Under the pieces are notes generated by a model. It did not search any database, was not told the DNA's origin, and saw only the letters and a list, made by a program, of their open reading frames with translations. DNA of 64,000 bases from Takakia lepidozioides (Eukaryota; Plantae; Bryophyta). The position numbers and the translations under genes are program-made. Of the stretch, positions 35,728 to 48,919 are shown one piece after another. Location: the NCBI GenBank assembly GCA_030704615.1, contig CM060734.1:60326001-60390000 (forward strand). The letters run 5' to 3'. Numbering within the stretch: the first letter of the stretch is position 1; each line of letters opens with the position of its first letter.

Positions 35728-37452
35728 ACAGCTGAAGCAGAAGAAGCATGAAACTGTTGAAGAGTATATGGAGAAGATGGAATTGATGATGAAAAAGCTG
35801 GCTGCAGTACCAGCGCCCGGTTTACAGAAGACTTGGTTTGTGAGTGGATTAAGACCAGAGTTGCAAAAGAAAGTGGATATGTTACCCCATAATACAGTGG
35901 AGGAGGCATTTGAAACTGCGAACAGAATTGAGCAATTGGGAATGCTCAGGAGAGAGAAAAAAGAAGATGAGGACTCTGAGGATGAGTCAGATGAAGAAGA
36001 AGAGCAAGAACTTAAAAGAAAGAGTAAGAGAAAGGAGAAGTTGAAGAGGGATAACTATGAAAAAAAATTGGAAGAAATCTTGAAGAAGTATGCCACAGAG
36101 GCTGCAACACATTGGAGGAAGGGTGTATGGTGTGCAAAGTGCCAGAATGAAGGCCATACCACCACAGAATGCCACATGAAGGAGAAACACTGTACTATCT
36201 GTAAAATGGATAACCATTCTACTGAGAATTGTTACTACAACAGAAGGACAACTGCAAGAGAACCTAGGCAAGTAAGGGTGCATCAGGTGCAGCCCCAGCC
36301 AAGAAGAAATAATGATCAGGACCACTATGGTAGGTCTGGTGGTTATAACAATGGCATGGAAGGGAGAGGTAATTCAAGAGGGAATTACCAAGGAAATTCC
36401 AGAGGCAACTATCAGGGTAATCCAAGGGGGAATTACCAGCCCGGGAATCAGGATTATAGAAATAATCCAAGAACAGACCAAGGGCGAGGACCCAATGGTG
36501 AAGAGCTATGTTACTATTGTTAATCAGCCAGGACATCGCAAGGCAGCCTGTTCATTCTGGATAAGACACCAGAATGAGATGAGAGCTCCTGTGAATGAGG
36601 GCCCAGTGGTGGCAGCTCACATGGTTAGGCCATGTGTTGTACCAGAAGTAAGTACAATGATAGTAACAAGAAGTAAAGCCAAACTAATACCTCCAGTAGA
36701 AGAGGAAGAAGATGAGAATGGAAGTGGCAATGATATGCCTGAAGATGAAGAGACTTGGAAAGATGAGAAGGAACTGCACAAGGAGGAAGTGGCAGATACT
36801 ATAAGGGAAATGCAAAAGAGTACCGATATTCCTGTGGCAGATTCCTCTGATTCGGATGGAGAAAAAGAAGGGAGTGAGGAGAAAGGAAAAAAAAAGATGC
36901 AGACATGCAAAGTAATGAAGAGACTTTGGCTGCAGTAATATGTCAGACCAAAGCAGAAATTACCATTGGACAGCTATTAGCTGTGGCACCTTATTGTAGG
37001 CACAGGCTTGTATCAGGCAATCAATCGAATTGCCCAAGAGACAGGAAACACAGACCTGAACAGCAAGGTGACCAGTTATAATGTGAAGCCGGAAGGGCGA
37101 GAACCAGTCATGGACTTTGATGATTCTATGCCAGTAATCCAATTGAGAATTGGAAGCACAGAACTAACTGATGTACTGATAGATGGTGGTTCTGGAGTAA
37201 ATATCATGACAGACCAATTAAGGAAGAAGCTTGGTCTAAGTAACATGAAACCAGCCCCATTTACAGTAACAATGGCAGATCAAAGAAGTGTACAGCCATT
37301 GGGATTAATAAGAGGAGTTAAGATACAGATACAGAAAATGATCTTTATGATCACAGTAACTGTATTAAAAATGGATGAAGTCATGGAGGCTTACTCCTTA
37401 TTATTGGGACGTCCGTGGCTGAAACAGGCCAGGGTATTCCATGACTGGAATT
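35728..37452 (+). other. Internally inverted gag C-terminus and protease segment of G2
   Basis: Zinc knuckles and LIDGGSG on + inside a minus-strand element. Junctions rejoin as in 41231-41260 and 41711-41730. Confidence 0.88.
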
Positions 37453-38586
37453 TGTAAACTTCCATACACTTCATCCTCAGTTTTACTTGTCCTGAACCTA
37501 TTTCGAAATGCTGTATTCAAGCCATTCCAGGTTAGGAAATGATTATCAGGGAATCTTGCATACCATTCACTTGCTTTCTTGATAAGTGAACAAGGAAACA
37601 GTCTCATCTTGGCATCATCGCCATTCTCATTGTTCACTATACACATGTGCTCAAATTGGCTAATGTGTACATCGGGATCCCCTTTTCCTGAATATATTGG
37701 AAAGGGTGGTTTTGCCCGTGTTGGTTGTAACGCCATCTGTGGCCCTACCTTCTACCTACTGACAGGTGCTGGCACCCTTGCCGGTGCTCGTCCTTCTGGA
37801 CCTGTTGTTTTTGTGGTGGATCTTCCACCAAGTGGTGGCCCTTGAGCACTCATTGCTTCGGGTCCCACGATATTCACAGTATTCCCAGCTTCAGTTGCAC
37901 TACTTCCCACACTCCCTGTCCCCCAGAGCCAGATCCAGGCAGCCCGCCTGATCCCCCTGAGCCGACACCTTCGTTGGCCTGTGATCCAAGTGCTCCACTT
38001 GATCCAGGTCCAACGGGTTGGGATGTCCTGGTTGTAGTCTCAACCTCAGCTGTTGAGTCTACTTCTTCATATTCTTCCTCTTCTAATTTCTTCTCTCTGT
38101 TTTCATCCTCCAAGTTCTGCCCTTGGGTTTCTTCTTCACTCATGTAACTCAACTGTAATGGTGTTGGAGAGTCTGAACTCTCCGTTGGCTCTGCCACATC
38201 CTCTTCTCCTTCTTCATCTTCTGCTTCAGAAACTGGAGTTCCTGCTTTTGGTGTTCCATGCCAACTCTTATCAAAGATTTCTGTCAAGTCTTTTATCCAA
38301 GGATGTACCTCAGATCTTTCACCTCGTGATTGATCTTCTTCTTGTACCAATTCCCTTAATCTTTCTTGCAACGAAACAGAAGGAGTGGCATCCAACTCTA
38401 GTTCTTCCGGTATAGGTGATGCACTTTTTGATCTTGATGGTGTGAGAGGTCCAGATGATTCCCCTATGTCTATTCCTCTCTCCCAAAGATATGGATAATT
38501 AGCTTTCAGATAGCTTTTCTTTTTGATGAATATCTCTGTCGTCTAGCTTCTCTTTCATCACTCATGTCCCATGTCTTTCATTTCTT

Positions 38587-39282
38587 TTAATGTGGCAATA
38601 ACCAAAACTCTCTTCTGTAATATCTCTCGTATATGCCTGGGTTTCTTTCAAGCTTCAATGCACCCTTGGCTATACTTGAAGTCTCCGTTACCATATAACC
38701 ATATGGCAAACAAGTCTGAAAAGCTGTTCTTGGTGTGAGTTTGATCCACAAAATATCCTTTGGAATCCAATTCTTTACCAGTACAAGCTCTTCATGCATA
38801 TGAGTATAAACATTCACCTTTCTTTCTTCCCAGCCTTCAAACTCTACTCGTTTAATGGATAGCAACGCTATCACATAAACCAATGTTGGTAACCAACGTG
38901 CTCTTCCTCTACAGGCTACCTTATAAATCTTTATCACTCCTTTCTCCAGACCCCATTCTGGATCGGCATCATGCACTCGTTTAAGAATATTTTCTTTACA
39001 TCCGTCTGGCAATTCCAAGAACCTTTGAAAGAATCGTTTGGACAATCTTTCTTCCTTCGTTCCACAGGGAATTTGATTCACTTCAAATTCTTTAATGGTC
39101 CAACCACCATGATCCCACCAGATGCCTGTCACATCTGGTTGTTCATGTCTCAGGTCCCCAGTATGGTCGCCAAATGTCGCGCGGCTTTTACTCACCCATC
39201 CCTTCGCTATCCGAGGCGGAAACTCCAAGATAGAAGAGTTGGAAATCTCTAAGTACTCAGCCCGCGCAGAACAATCAGTCAT
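38587..39282 (-). CDS. G2 pre-gag ORF0 (231 aa, starts in the LTR, spans the PBS)
   Basis: Open frame with a protein-level homologue at 22189-22428. Confidence 0.55.
   Translation of the reverse strand: MTDCSARAEYLEISNSSILEFPPRIAKGWVSKSRATFGDHTGDLRHEQPDVTGIWWDHGGWTIKEFEVNQIPCGTKEERLSKRFFQRFLELPDGCKENILKRVHDADPEWGLEKGVIKIYKVACRGRARWLPTLVYVIALLSIKRVEFEGWEERKVNVYTHMHEELVLVKNWIPKDILWIKLTPRTAFQTCLPYGYMVTETSSIAKGALKLERNPGIYERYYRREFWLLPH
39155..39172 (-). promoter_or_regulatory. Primer-binding site, probably tRNA-Arg type
   Basis: TGGCGACCATACTGGGGA 2 nt downstream of the LTR end. Resembles Ogre/Tat Arg PBS. Confidence 0.7.
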
Positions 39283-40273
39283 GACCTACAGCTAGTGTAT
39301 CATGGGGGTGTTTCCTATGCGTTTCCCTTTCCGCATTCATCTTAGCTACCTTTGGCATTGATAATTAAGTATCAGTTTGCTTCATCAATCTATCGGTTTC
39401 CTTCACTCATCCTTCAATCCACAGCTTCTCTCAGATCTCTCTACACAGTGTGATTGTATCGTATAAGTATCAGATTATGATTTATCAGGTATCAGGCCGA
39501 AGCCATTATGTCTCTAATCTGCTCTCCAATATCACTACAGCTTTGCATATAACAAGCATCTACTAATCCTCTTTTCTCCTTCATCGTGCTCTCCATCTCT
39601 TGCCTCCCGATCTCCGCTCCTGCCTGACTCCGAAGTCCTCCTCCGAATAATGATCATCCCCCTTCATTCCCCGTTTCTCCCTTTATCCTCCTATCCGCGG
39701 TTCTAACCGTTTCCCTCTCTAACCGTCGTCTGTGAACTAACATGCTCCCTTCACAGGTGTTGTTCCCCACAGTCGTTCCCTGTCCTACTCTTCGTTCCCT
39801 ATTATCGTGACAGCTCTGTCAAGCGGTGACTGGCTGTGTTTGGCTGTGTCGGGCTGGACTGGCTGTGTGGCTGTGCCGGGCTGTGACTGGCTGTGTGGGC
39901 TGTGCCGGGCTGTGACTGGCTGTGTGGGCTGTGTCTGCTGTGACGACTGTGACGGGCTGTGTGGGCTGTGTGTCTGCTGTGTAACGACTGTGACGGGCTG
40001 TGTTGGCTGTGTGGGGCTGTGACGACTGTGACGGCTGTGTGGGCTGTGTGGGCTGTGTGGTCTGTGACGACTTTGACGGGCTGTGTGTCGGCTGTGTGGC
40101 CTGTGTGGGCTGTGACGACTGTGACGGGCTCTGTCGGCTGTGACGACTGTGTAACCCCCCTCTACAGTGCGCTGCTGTCACCCCTAAGGCTCCTGTTGGT
40201 CTCAGTCTGTGCAAAATTAAGGGTACCCTACAGATCCCGTATAAGTGTCTAAGTCCCCTACAGTCCTCTAACA
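39175..40273 (-). repeat. G2 LTR (5' LTR, diverged U3)
   Basis: Reverse-complement homologue of 29257-30259. Confidence 0.92.
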
Positions 40274-43200
40274 GTGCATTACAAAGTCCAAAGGGCATGA
40301 CTTTGTATGCATAAGCCCCCCAGTCTGTGATGAAAGCTGTTTTCCCTTGGTCTTCTTCGCCACTTGCACTTGATTATAACCACTGAAGCCATCCATGAAT
40401 GAGTACATCTCATGGCCTGCCACAGTGTCTAATACTGCTTCTGTGAATGGCAAAGGGAAAGGATCTTTCTTCGTACAAGCATTCAGCTTCTTATAGTTCA
40501 CACATACTCTCAATTTGCCATTCTTCTTGGGAACTATAACAATGGGTGACAACCACGTTGTATACTCTATTGGGTATATAAACTTAGCCTCAGCCAACTT
40601 CTTTATCTCTTCTCCAACCTTCTGTGCGTAGTTGGGATTCATTCTATACCTCGCCTGCTTGATTGGTACTGACCCTGGTTCCAGTTCAATCTTATGCTGA
40701 CAGACTTCAGGTGGTATCCCTTTTAGATCCTCATAGCTCCAAGCAAATACATCTCTGTATTTGATGAACAAGCTTTTAGCTTCTTCGAAGAATTCCGGCT
40801 CCAAATCAGTCCTACTTTCACCATCCTCGGTTCCTCTTTAGTTCCCACATTTAGTTCTCTCACCTGCTCATCAGCTGTGATTGTCCAACCAGTCACCACT
40901 TCATCCTGTAAGCTCACAGTGGCTGGTTCTTCTAGGATTTCTATTTCTCCTTCTCTTTCTTCATAGAAATGTGATGGGTAATTGCTGGTTTCTTCTTCAG
41001 TTGGTGTGGCTGTCACTACACCACAGCAGATACCTCTCAAACAACTTAGGCTTTCCAGCCGCATCTCTGCAACCTGCTCCACACTTGGGTGTGCAGCAAA
41101 TAGGGTAGCTTCCTGCTCCTCATCCAGTCCTCCTCTCCAGTCATACTCTCTGACTCCTCGGGGTCTTCTTGTAGCGGTAATCTACTAGATTTCTTTGTGG
41201 TAATTTGTATCTCGTGTATCCCATTATGCACGGTTAGTAACTGAGAATTCCAGTCATGGAATACCCTGGCCTGTTTCAACCACGGACGTCCCAATAATAA
41301 GGAGTAAGCCTCCATGACTTCATCCATTTTTAATACAGTTACTGTGATCATAAAGATCATTTTCTGTATCTGTATCTTAACTCCTCTTATTAATCCCAAT
41401 GGCTGCACACTTCTTTGATCTGCCATTGTTACTGTAAATGGGGCTGGTTTCATGTTACTTAGACCAAGCTTCTTCCTTAATTGGTCTGTCATGATATTTA
41501 CTCAGAACCACCATCTATCAGTACATCAGTTAGTTCTGTACTTCCATTCTCCAAATGGATTACTGGCATAACTTTCTTTTGCAAACCTGGTCTTAGTCCA
41601 CTCACAAACCAAGTCTTCTGTAACCCGGGCGCTGGTACTGCAGCCAGCTTTTTCATCATCAATTCCATCTTCTCCATATACTCTTCAACAGTTTCATGCT
41701 TCTTCTGCTTCAGCTGTTGTAAACTTCCATACACTTCATCCTCAGTTTTACTTGTCCGAACCTATTTCGAAATGCTGTATTCAAAGCCATTCCAGGTTAG
41801 GAATGATATCAGGGAATCTTGCATACCATTCACTTGCTTTCTTGATAAGTGAAAAGGAAACAGTCTCATCTTGGCATCATCGCCATTCCATTGTTCCCAC
41901 TATACACATGTGCTCAAATTGGCTAATGTGTACATCGGGATCCCTTTCCTGAATAATTGGAAAGGGTGGTTTTGCCCGTGTTGGTTTGTAACGCCATCTG
42001 TGGCCCTACTTCTGCCCACTGACAGGTGCTGGCACCTTGCTGTGCTGGTCCTTCTGGACCTGTTGTTGTGGGATCTTCCACCAAGTGGTGGCCCTTGAGC
42101 ACTCCTGCTTCGGGCCCAACGATATTCACAGTATTCCCAGATTCAGTTGCACTACTTTCCACAATCCCTGTCCCCCAGAGCCAGATCCAGGCAGCCCGCC
42201 TGATCCCCCGAGCCGACACCTTCGTTGGGCCTGTGATCCAAGTGCTCCACTTGATCCAGGTCCAACGGGTTGGGATATCCTGGTGGAGTCTCAACCTCAG
42301 CTGTTGGGTCTACTTCTTCATATTTCCTCTTCTAATTTCTTCTCTCTGTTTTCATCCTCCAAGTTCTGCCCTTGGGTTCTTCTTCACTCATGTAACTCAA
42401 CTGTAATGGTGTTGGAGAGAGTTGAACTCTCCGTTGGCTTGCCACATCCTCTTCTCCTTCTTCACCCTCTGCTTCAGAAACTGGAGTTCCTGCTTTTGGT
42501 GTTCCATCTGCCAACTCTTATCAAGATTTATGTCAAGTCTTTTATCCAAGATGTACCTCAGATCTTTAACCTCGTGATTGATCTTCTTCATGTACCAATT
42601 CCCTAATTTTCTGCAAAGAAACAGAAGGAGTGGCATCCAACTCAGTAGTTCTTCTGGTATAGGTGATGCACTCTTGATCTCAATGGTGTGAGAGGTCCAG
42701 ATGATTCCCCTATGTCTATTCCTCTCCCAAAGATATGGATAATTAGCTTTCAGATAGCTTTATTTTTGCTGAATATCTCTGTCGTCTAGCTTCTCTTTCA
42801 TCAATATGTCCCATGTCTTTCATTTCTTTTAATGTGGCAATAACCAAACTCTCTTTTGTAATATCTCTCGTATATGCCTGGGTTTCTTTCAAGCTTCAAT
42901 GCAACCATGGCTATACTTGAAGTCTCGTTACCAAATAAACCATATGGCAAACAAGTCTGAAAAGCTGTTCTTGCGTGTGAGTTTGATCCACAAAATATCC
43001 TTTGGAATCCAATTCTTTACCAGTACAAGCTCTTCATGCATATGAGTATAAACATTCACACTTTCTTTTCCAGCCTTCAAACTCTACTCGTTTTTAATGG
43101 ATAAACAATGCTATCACATAAACCAATGTTGGTAACCAACGTGCTCTTCCTCTACAGGCTACCTGATAAATCTTTATCAATCCTTTCTCCAGACCCCATT

Positions 43201-44433
43201 CTGGATCGGAATCATGCACTCGTTTAAGAATATTTTCTTTACAACCGTCTGGCAATTCCAAGAACCTTTGAAGAAAATTGTTTGGACAATCTTTCTTTCC
43301 TTCGTTCCACAGGGAATTTGATTCACTTCAAATTATTTAATGGTCCAACCACCATGATCCCACCAGATGCCTGTCACATCTGGTTGTTCATGTCTCAGTT
43401 CCCCCAGTGGTCGCCAAATGTCGCGCGGCTTTTACTCACCCATCCCTTCGCTATTCGAGGCGGAAACTCCAGATAGAAGAGTTGGAAACTCTAAGTACTA
43501 GCCGCGACAGAACAATCAGTCATGACCTACAGCTAGTGTATCATGGGGGTGTTCCTATTTGTTTCCCTTTGGTATTCATGTTAGCTATCTTACCATTGAT
43601 AATTAAGTATCAGTTTGCTTTATCAATCATTGGATTCCATCAGCTCATCCCTCATTTCACGCTTCACTCAGATCTCTCTAAACTGTGATTGTATCGTAAA
43701 AGTATCGATTATGATTTATCAGGTATCAGGTATCAGGTATCTTCACTTCGGTCCTCATCTCTACCCGATCCCCTCTCCTCTATCACCAAGAAGTCCCCTC
43801 GAAAATCCCCCGTTCAATTCCCCGTTTCTCCCTTTATCTTCCTATCCGCGGTTCTAACCGTTTCCCTTACTCTAACGTCGTCTGTGAACTAACATGTTCC
43901 TTTGCAGGTGTTGTTTCCCCACAGTCGTTCCCTGTCATACTCTTCGTCCCTATGATCGTGCAGCTGTGTCAAGCTGGACTGGCTGTGTGAAACTGTGACG
44001 GGCTGTGTGTTGTGCTGTGCGAATGGTGTGAGACTGTGTTTGGCCTGTGTGGGGCTGGAATGGCTGTTGGCTGTGCCCGGGCTGTGAAGGCTGTGTCGGT
44101 TGTGTTTCGATGATTGTGACGAACTGTGAGGGCTGGTGGGGGATGTGACGATGTGACGGCTGCTGTGTTGGCTGTGTCGGCTGTGAAGGGCTGTGGTGCT
44201 GTGACGACTGTGACGGGGCTGTGTCGGCTGTGACAGTCGAAGTGACGACTGTGACGGGCTGTGTTGGCTGTGTTGGCGGTGTGTGACGTGTGACGACTGT
44301 GTTGGGCTGTGTAACCCCCCTCTACAATGCGCTGCTGTCACCCCTAAGGTTCCTCTGATCTCAGTCTGTGCAAAAATTAAGGTTACCCTACAGATCCCGT
44401 ATAAGTGTCTAAGTCCCCGACAGTCCTCTAACA
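40274..44433 (-). mobile_element. G2 copy (LTR 43419-44433, ORF0, gag/PR with ~1.2-kb deletion, 5' part of RT)
   Basis: Homologous to 34755-40273. GLQKKV|MPVI fusion marks the deletion. Many indels. Confidence 0.88.
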
Positions 44434-46638
44434 ATACCATAAACTAATGGAATGGTGTATACTTAGTGGGTGACTTTTATGAAGTCCGTATGACCACAAA
44501 GCTGTCAGCAGCTTTGTATCCCAATCCGTTCTGTTGGCATTGGACTATCTTAGCCAAGATAGTACATTATATTTGTTGGTAGCCTATGCCTGCCATTACC
44601 CTGTAGGTAATTGTTGTACTCTTTCTACGCACAATCATAAATTCTTTAGTCAACAACTCACAATGGTCTCATTCATGAAGTGACTTCCTTGATCACTGAT
44701 AAATTTAAGGGACAGCCAAATCGTGTTGTAAGATGTTCTAGTACAGGGAAACCTTGTGGGACTTGGCGGTGTGTTGCTCCTCAAAGCTTTAGCTTCCACC
44801 CACTTTGTAGTATAATCAAGTGGCGGTAATTATGTACTGTTTTCGTGTATCTTGGATAGTGGGTTAATTGGTCCAACAAAGTCTAGTCCCCATTTCTGAA
44901 ATGGTTCCGTAGGCATTGTGATGCAAGTATCCTTCCAGATCTCTGCAAAGGTCTTAGCCTCTGACTTCATTCACACTTATGACAATACTCGTGACATCTT
45001 TGAACAAAAGTTAGGCCACCAGTATCCTGCTAGTAGTAGTATCTTCTACTGGTAGTCTCTTCTCCAAACGACCTCCAGGCCACTTCTTTTTATGAACTTC
45101 CGCCAAAACTTATTTACTTCATGTGGTTACAAGCATCGTTTTAGTTACTTCAATCAGGTCCTAACTTATACATTCTGCTTCCTACCATGTATAAGGTAAA
45201 GCTTGATAGCGATTCTCTTCCTTGCTCCTTACCAAACTAGGTGGGACACTGACCTGAGCCAATGGTAGTATCTGATTGGCCACTTGCCACCAATCTAACC
45301 ATCATCTGCACTTCCCTGCACCCTCCACTGCAAAGAGACTCGATCTGGTAATGATCATCTATTCCTGTGGCGGTTCTCCTGTTGACAAATCGTGAACAAA
45401 TGAGTCCGCCACAAGAGACAGGTCTCCCGGCTTGTAAACAACCTCAAACTTCAACGCGTGCAAGATTATCAACCATCTTGCTATTCTTACGCTTTTATCA
45501 GCGGTTTGTTTACCGGTATATCAGAGCCCGGTTGATCCACATAGAACATAAAAAACTTCTTGCCCAACAGGTAATGCCTGAATTTTTTCACTGCATAGAT
45601 CATTGCCAAGCTTCTCTTTCCGTTGTGCTATATTCCTTCCTCGCACTGTTCATCAAACCGGCTAGCATATAGGACACAACGTGAATCTATATGTCCCTGT
45701 AACATTTTGGGCTAAACACCGCTCCCAACGCTTCTCCTGATGCATCGCAGTGAACATGAATACTACATGCCAGTGGGGTTAATCAGCACAGGTGTATTTG
45801 TTACTGACAGTGTAAGTTCCTCAAATGCCTGTGACATTCAGCTGTCCAGGCAAACACTGCATTTTCTTCTCAGTAGTTTGCTCAATGGTGCTGCTATTTG
45901 TGCATACCTTTTGACAATCTCCTGTAATAACTGGTTTGCCCAAGAATCTCCGTGAGACTTTTAACATTCACTGGTGGGTGAGAGGCTTTAATGGACTCTG
46001 TCTTTCTGGGATCCACAAGGGAGTCCATTCTTACACACAATGTGTCCCAGAAGCACCCCTGAGTTCACACAGAAAGAAACGTCTCTGGATTCAGCCCAGA
46101 CCTCTCATCCTGCATGCTGGCCAAACGGAACGCAAATTTATGAAGTGCTCATTCTTAGAGTTGACACACTGAATCATCCAAGAAACCTGATGTGAAAATC
46201 ATCCAGAAATCATGAAAAGCTTCACTTATCAATCTCTGAAAGGTCGCTGTTGCATTACAAAGTCCAAAGGGCATGAGTTGTCCATGCATAAGCCCCCCAG
46301 TCTGTGAATGAAAGCTGTTTTTCCCTTGGTCTTCTTCTGCCACTTGCACTTGATTATAACCACTGAAAGCCATCCCATGAATATGAGTACATCTCATGGA
46401 CTTGCCACAGTGTCTAATACTGCTTCTGTGAATGGCAAAGGGAAAGGATCTTTCTTCGTACAAGCATTCAGCTTCTTATAGTTAACCCATACTTTAGTTT
46501 TGCCATTTCTTCTGGGAACTATAACAATGGTGGTGCAACAATGTATACTCTATTGGGTATATAAACTTAGCCTCAGCCAACTCTTGATCTCTTCTCCCAA
46601 CCTTCTGTGCTATGTTGGGAATTCATTCTATACCTCGC
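44434..46638 (-). pseudogene. G2 pol fragment, indel-rich, ends at the gap
   Basis: Colinear with about 32948-35136. Confidence 0.85.
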
Positions 46639-47138
46639 NNNNNNNNNNNNNNNNNNNNNNNNNNNNNNNNNNNNNNNNNNNNNNNNNNNNNNNNNNNNNN
46701 NNNNNNNNNNNNNNNNNNNNNNNNNNNNNNNNNNNNNNNNNNNNNNNNNNNNNNNNNNNNNNNNNNNNNNNNNNNNNNNNNNNNNNNNNNNNNNNNNNNN
46801 NNNNNNNNNNNNNNNNNNNNNNNNNNNNNNNNNNNNNNNNNNNNNNNNNNNNNNNNNNNNNNNNNNNNNNNNNNNNNNNNNNNNNNNNNNNNNNNNNNNN
46901 NNNNNNNNNNNNNNNNNNNNNNNNNNNNNNNNNNNNNNNNNNNNNNNNNNNNNNNNNNNNNNNNNNNNNNNNNNNNNNNNNNNNNNNNNNNNNNNNNNNN
47001 NNNNNNNNNNNNNNNNNNNNNNNNNNNNNNNNNNNNNNNNNNNNNNNNNNNNNNNNNNNNNNNNNNNNNNNNNNNNNNNNNNNNNNNNNNNNNNNNNNNN
47101 NNNNNNNNNNNNNNNNNNNNNNNNNNNNNNNNNNNNNN
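46639..47138. other. Assembly gap (500 N)
   Basis: Run of N. Confidence 1.
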
Positions 47139-48919
47139 TTGGTGCACGTTGCGCCCGTTCTTGGTATAGCTAAGTCCCTTTTCATTGAGGCAACCACTTT
47201 TTGGGAATTATAAACGTGATAAGGAGATTCTGATTACATGTTCCAAACGCTGGGCTGAATGGGAAGATGCAGGTTTGGCCCACCTCTTGCATTTCTGGGA
47301 TGGTAACTCTATGTCTCTGATCTCTCCACAATCTGTTGCGCAACAGCTATCAAAGAGAAGGGTTAATTTGGGTTGGAATGCGGTCATGGGGGATCTCCCT
47401 GACAATTGGAATAGGCTTATTGCTGATCCCAATTCATGTTTCTGTCGGGCTGGCTGGGTTTTGTTGTTGACTCCCAACCCATAGCCATTTACGCGATTGC
47501 CAGAGATAGCTCCGGTATGCATGGTACTGGTTTTGAGGTAAGCAAGGACGGAATCTTGCTCTCCCCTAAGGCAGTACTGTCCCTGCAGACTGTCAATTCT
47601 TTGAGATTAGGGTCTATTGTAAGCTTTCAGGAAACACAAACCATCTGCCTCCCTTGGACCTGCAACATTATGAGGGGAACTTTTGCTGGTTTCTTTCTGC
47701 CCATCTTAAACTACTTCAATTTGACCCTGGGGAGTGGATTTGGATGTCCAAGGGACACGACCCATTTTTCAATTATTCGGTTAAGCTTGGGTACAGGTTG
47801 TTGATGCCTAAAAGAGGATTCGATCGAAAATGGTCTAATAAGTGGGCATCATCTGCCTGGGCCTGCGGTCCCTTGGGAAGCTGGCTTGGCGTGATATTTG
47901 GAAAAAACATAGGTCTTCAAAAGTTACGGCCTTTCTATGGAAGGTGATCAATAGGATCTTGTCGGTGGCGGCAAACTTTGAAGATTCATCCTTCAACTGT
48001 ATCTCTTGTATCCTGGCTGCATAGGAAAATTTGGAACGTGCCTTGGTGTTTTGCCCATTCGCCCATGTTGTTTGGGAAAATGCCCTTCATCTGTACTCAT
48101 TCTGGTCCTCTAACTTGGACTCCTCTCCTTCAGTTTTACTTCTCAATGTCAAGAATGGCATAATTCATTGTTCTTGCCCAGTTTGGGAGTCACTGAGAGG
48201 TATCATATTGTGGCAGATTTGGAAAATGAGATGTTGTGTGGTGTATCAAAAAGAGAGGCCGTGTTTGAACAAAGTTCTTTTTCTGGCTCACTCATACCTT
48301 AAGTCTGAGGCTCGCAAAGCTTGGTCTGTTTTGGTTGCAGCTCTTTCCAAGTGTCACAGCAGTCGAAGACCTCAACTCTTTGCGGCCTTCGACAAATCCT
48401 GGGGAAAAGATCTCGTGTTCTGCAAGAGAATTGATGACACTAGGATTGTGTGGGAAGACTCCCCCCTTTCCTGTTGGAAGCTCAACTAGTACTAAACAGA
48501 CTTCCTTGGAGAACGAAAACATAGAAATAAATTGGAGACACAAGCGTAGTGGCTCTATGAAGGCAAAGTCAAAGATACAGCTTTCGATTGATGGGGCCAA
48601 AAGAAAAATGGGTAGTATGTAGATGGTTTTTTTAAGTCAACCAGTATCATACTTCTCTTGCTTTCCTTATGGGACAGATGGTCCTGTTTTCTTAGTTCTT
48701 CTTCTCATTTCTCTTCACCCCCTCTCTAATTTCCTTGGTTAGGAATTTACTTCCAGCTGAGGCCAAATTTATCTCCCCTGATATCTGACATGTTGGTCCG
48801 GAGTGGTACCTCTGTAATCTGCCTTATGGCTCTCTGTAAGGTTATTTTTTCCTTACCAACCTCTTAATAAATTTACAAGGCTACATCCCCCCTGTTAAAA
48901 AATTATTATTAAAAAAAAA
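47139..48919 (+). mobile_element. LINE (L1-like) 3' end, degenerate
   Basis: zf-RVT-like WRDIWK...KVTAFLWKVINRIL...CISC...ENLERALVFCPFAHVVW, IILWQIWKMRC. AATAAA and A-rich tail at about 48866-48919. Confidence 0.8.

Larger units (their letters stand above)
30260..40273 (-). mobile_element. gypsy G2 copy (5' LTR, PBS, ORF0, gag, PR, RT, RH, IN, ORF-A, truncated ORF-B); non-chromovirus, Athila/Tat-group-like
   Basis: Domain order RT-RH-IN, no chromodomain seen, PBS TGGCGACCATACTGGGGA. Confidence 0.92.

Noticed and set aside
35301-35909. 202-aa ORF (also 30212-30757, 37401-37736, 39819-40298) as novel proteins
   Set aside because: Chimeric frames created by inversion or LTR junctions.
43400-46638. 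Hypermutation or programmed frameshifting
   Set aside because: Dense 1-2 bp indels increasing towards the gap look like low-coverage long-read error.
46500-47213. ORFs spanning the N run
   Set aside because: Artefacts of translating the gap.
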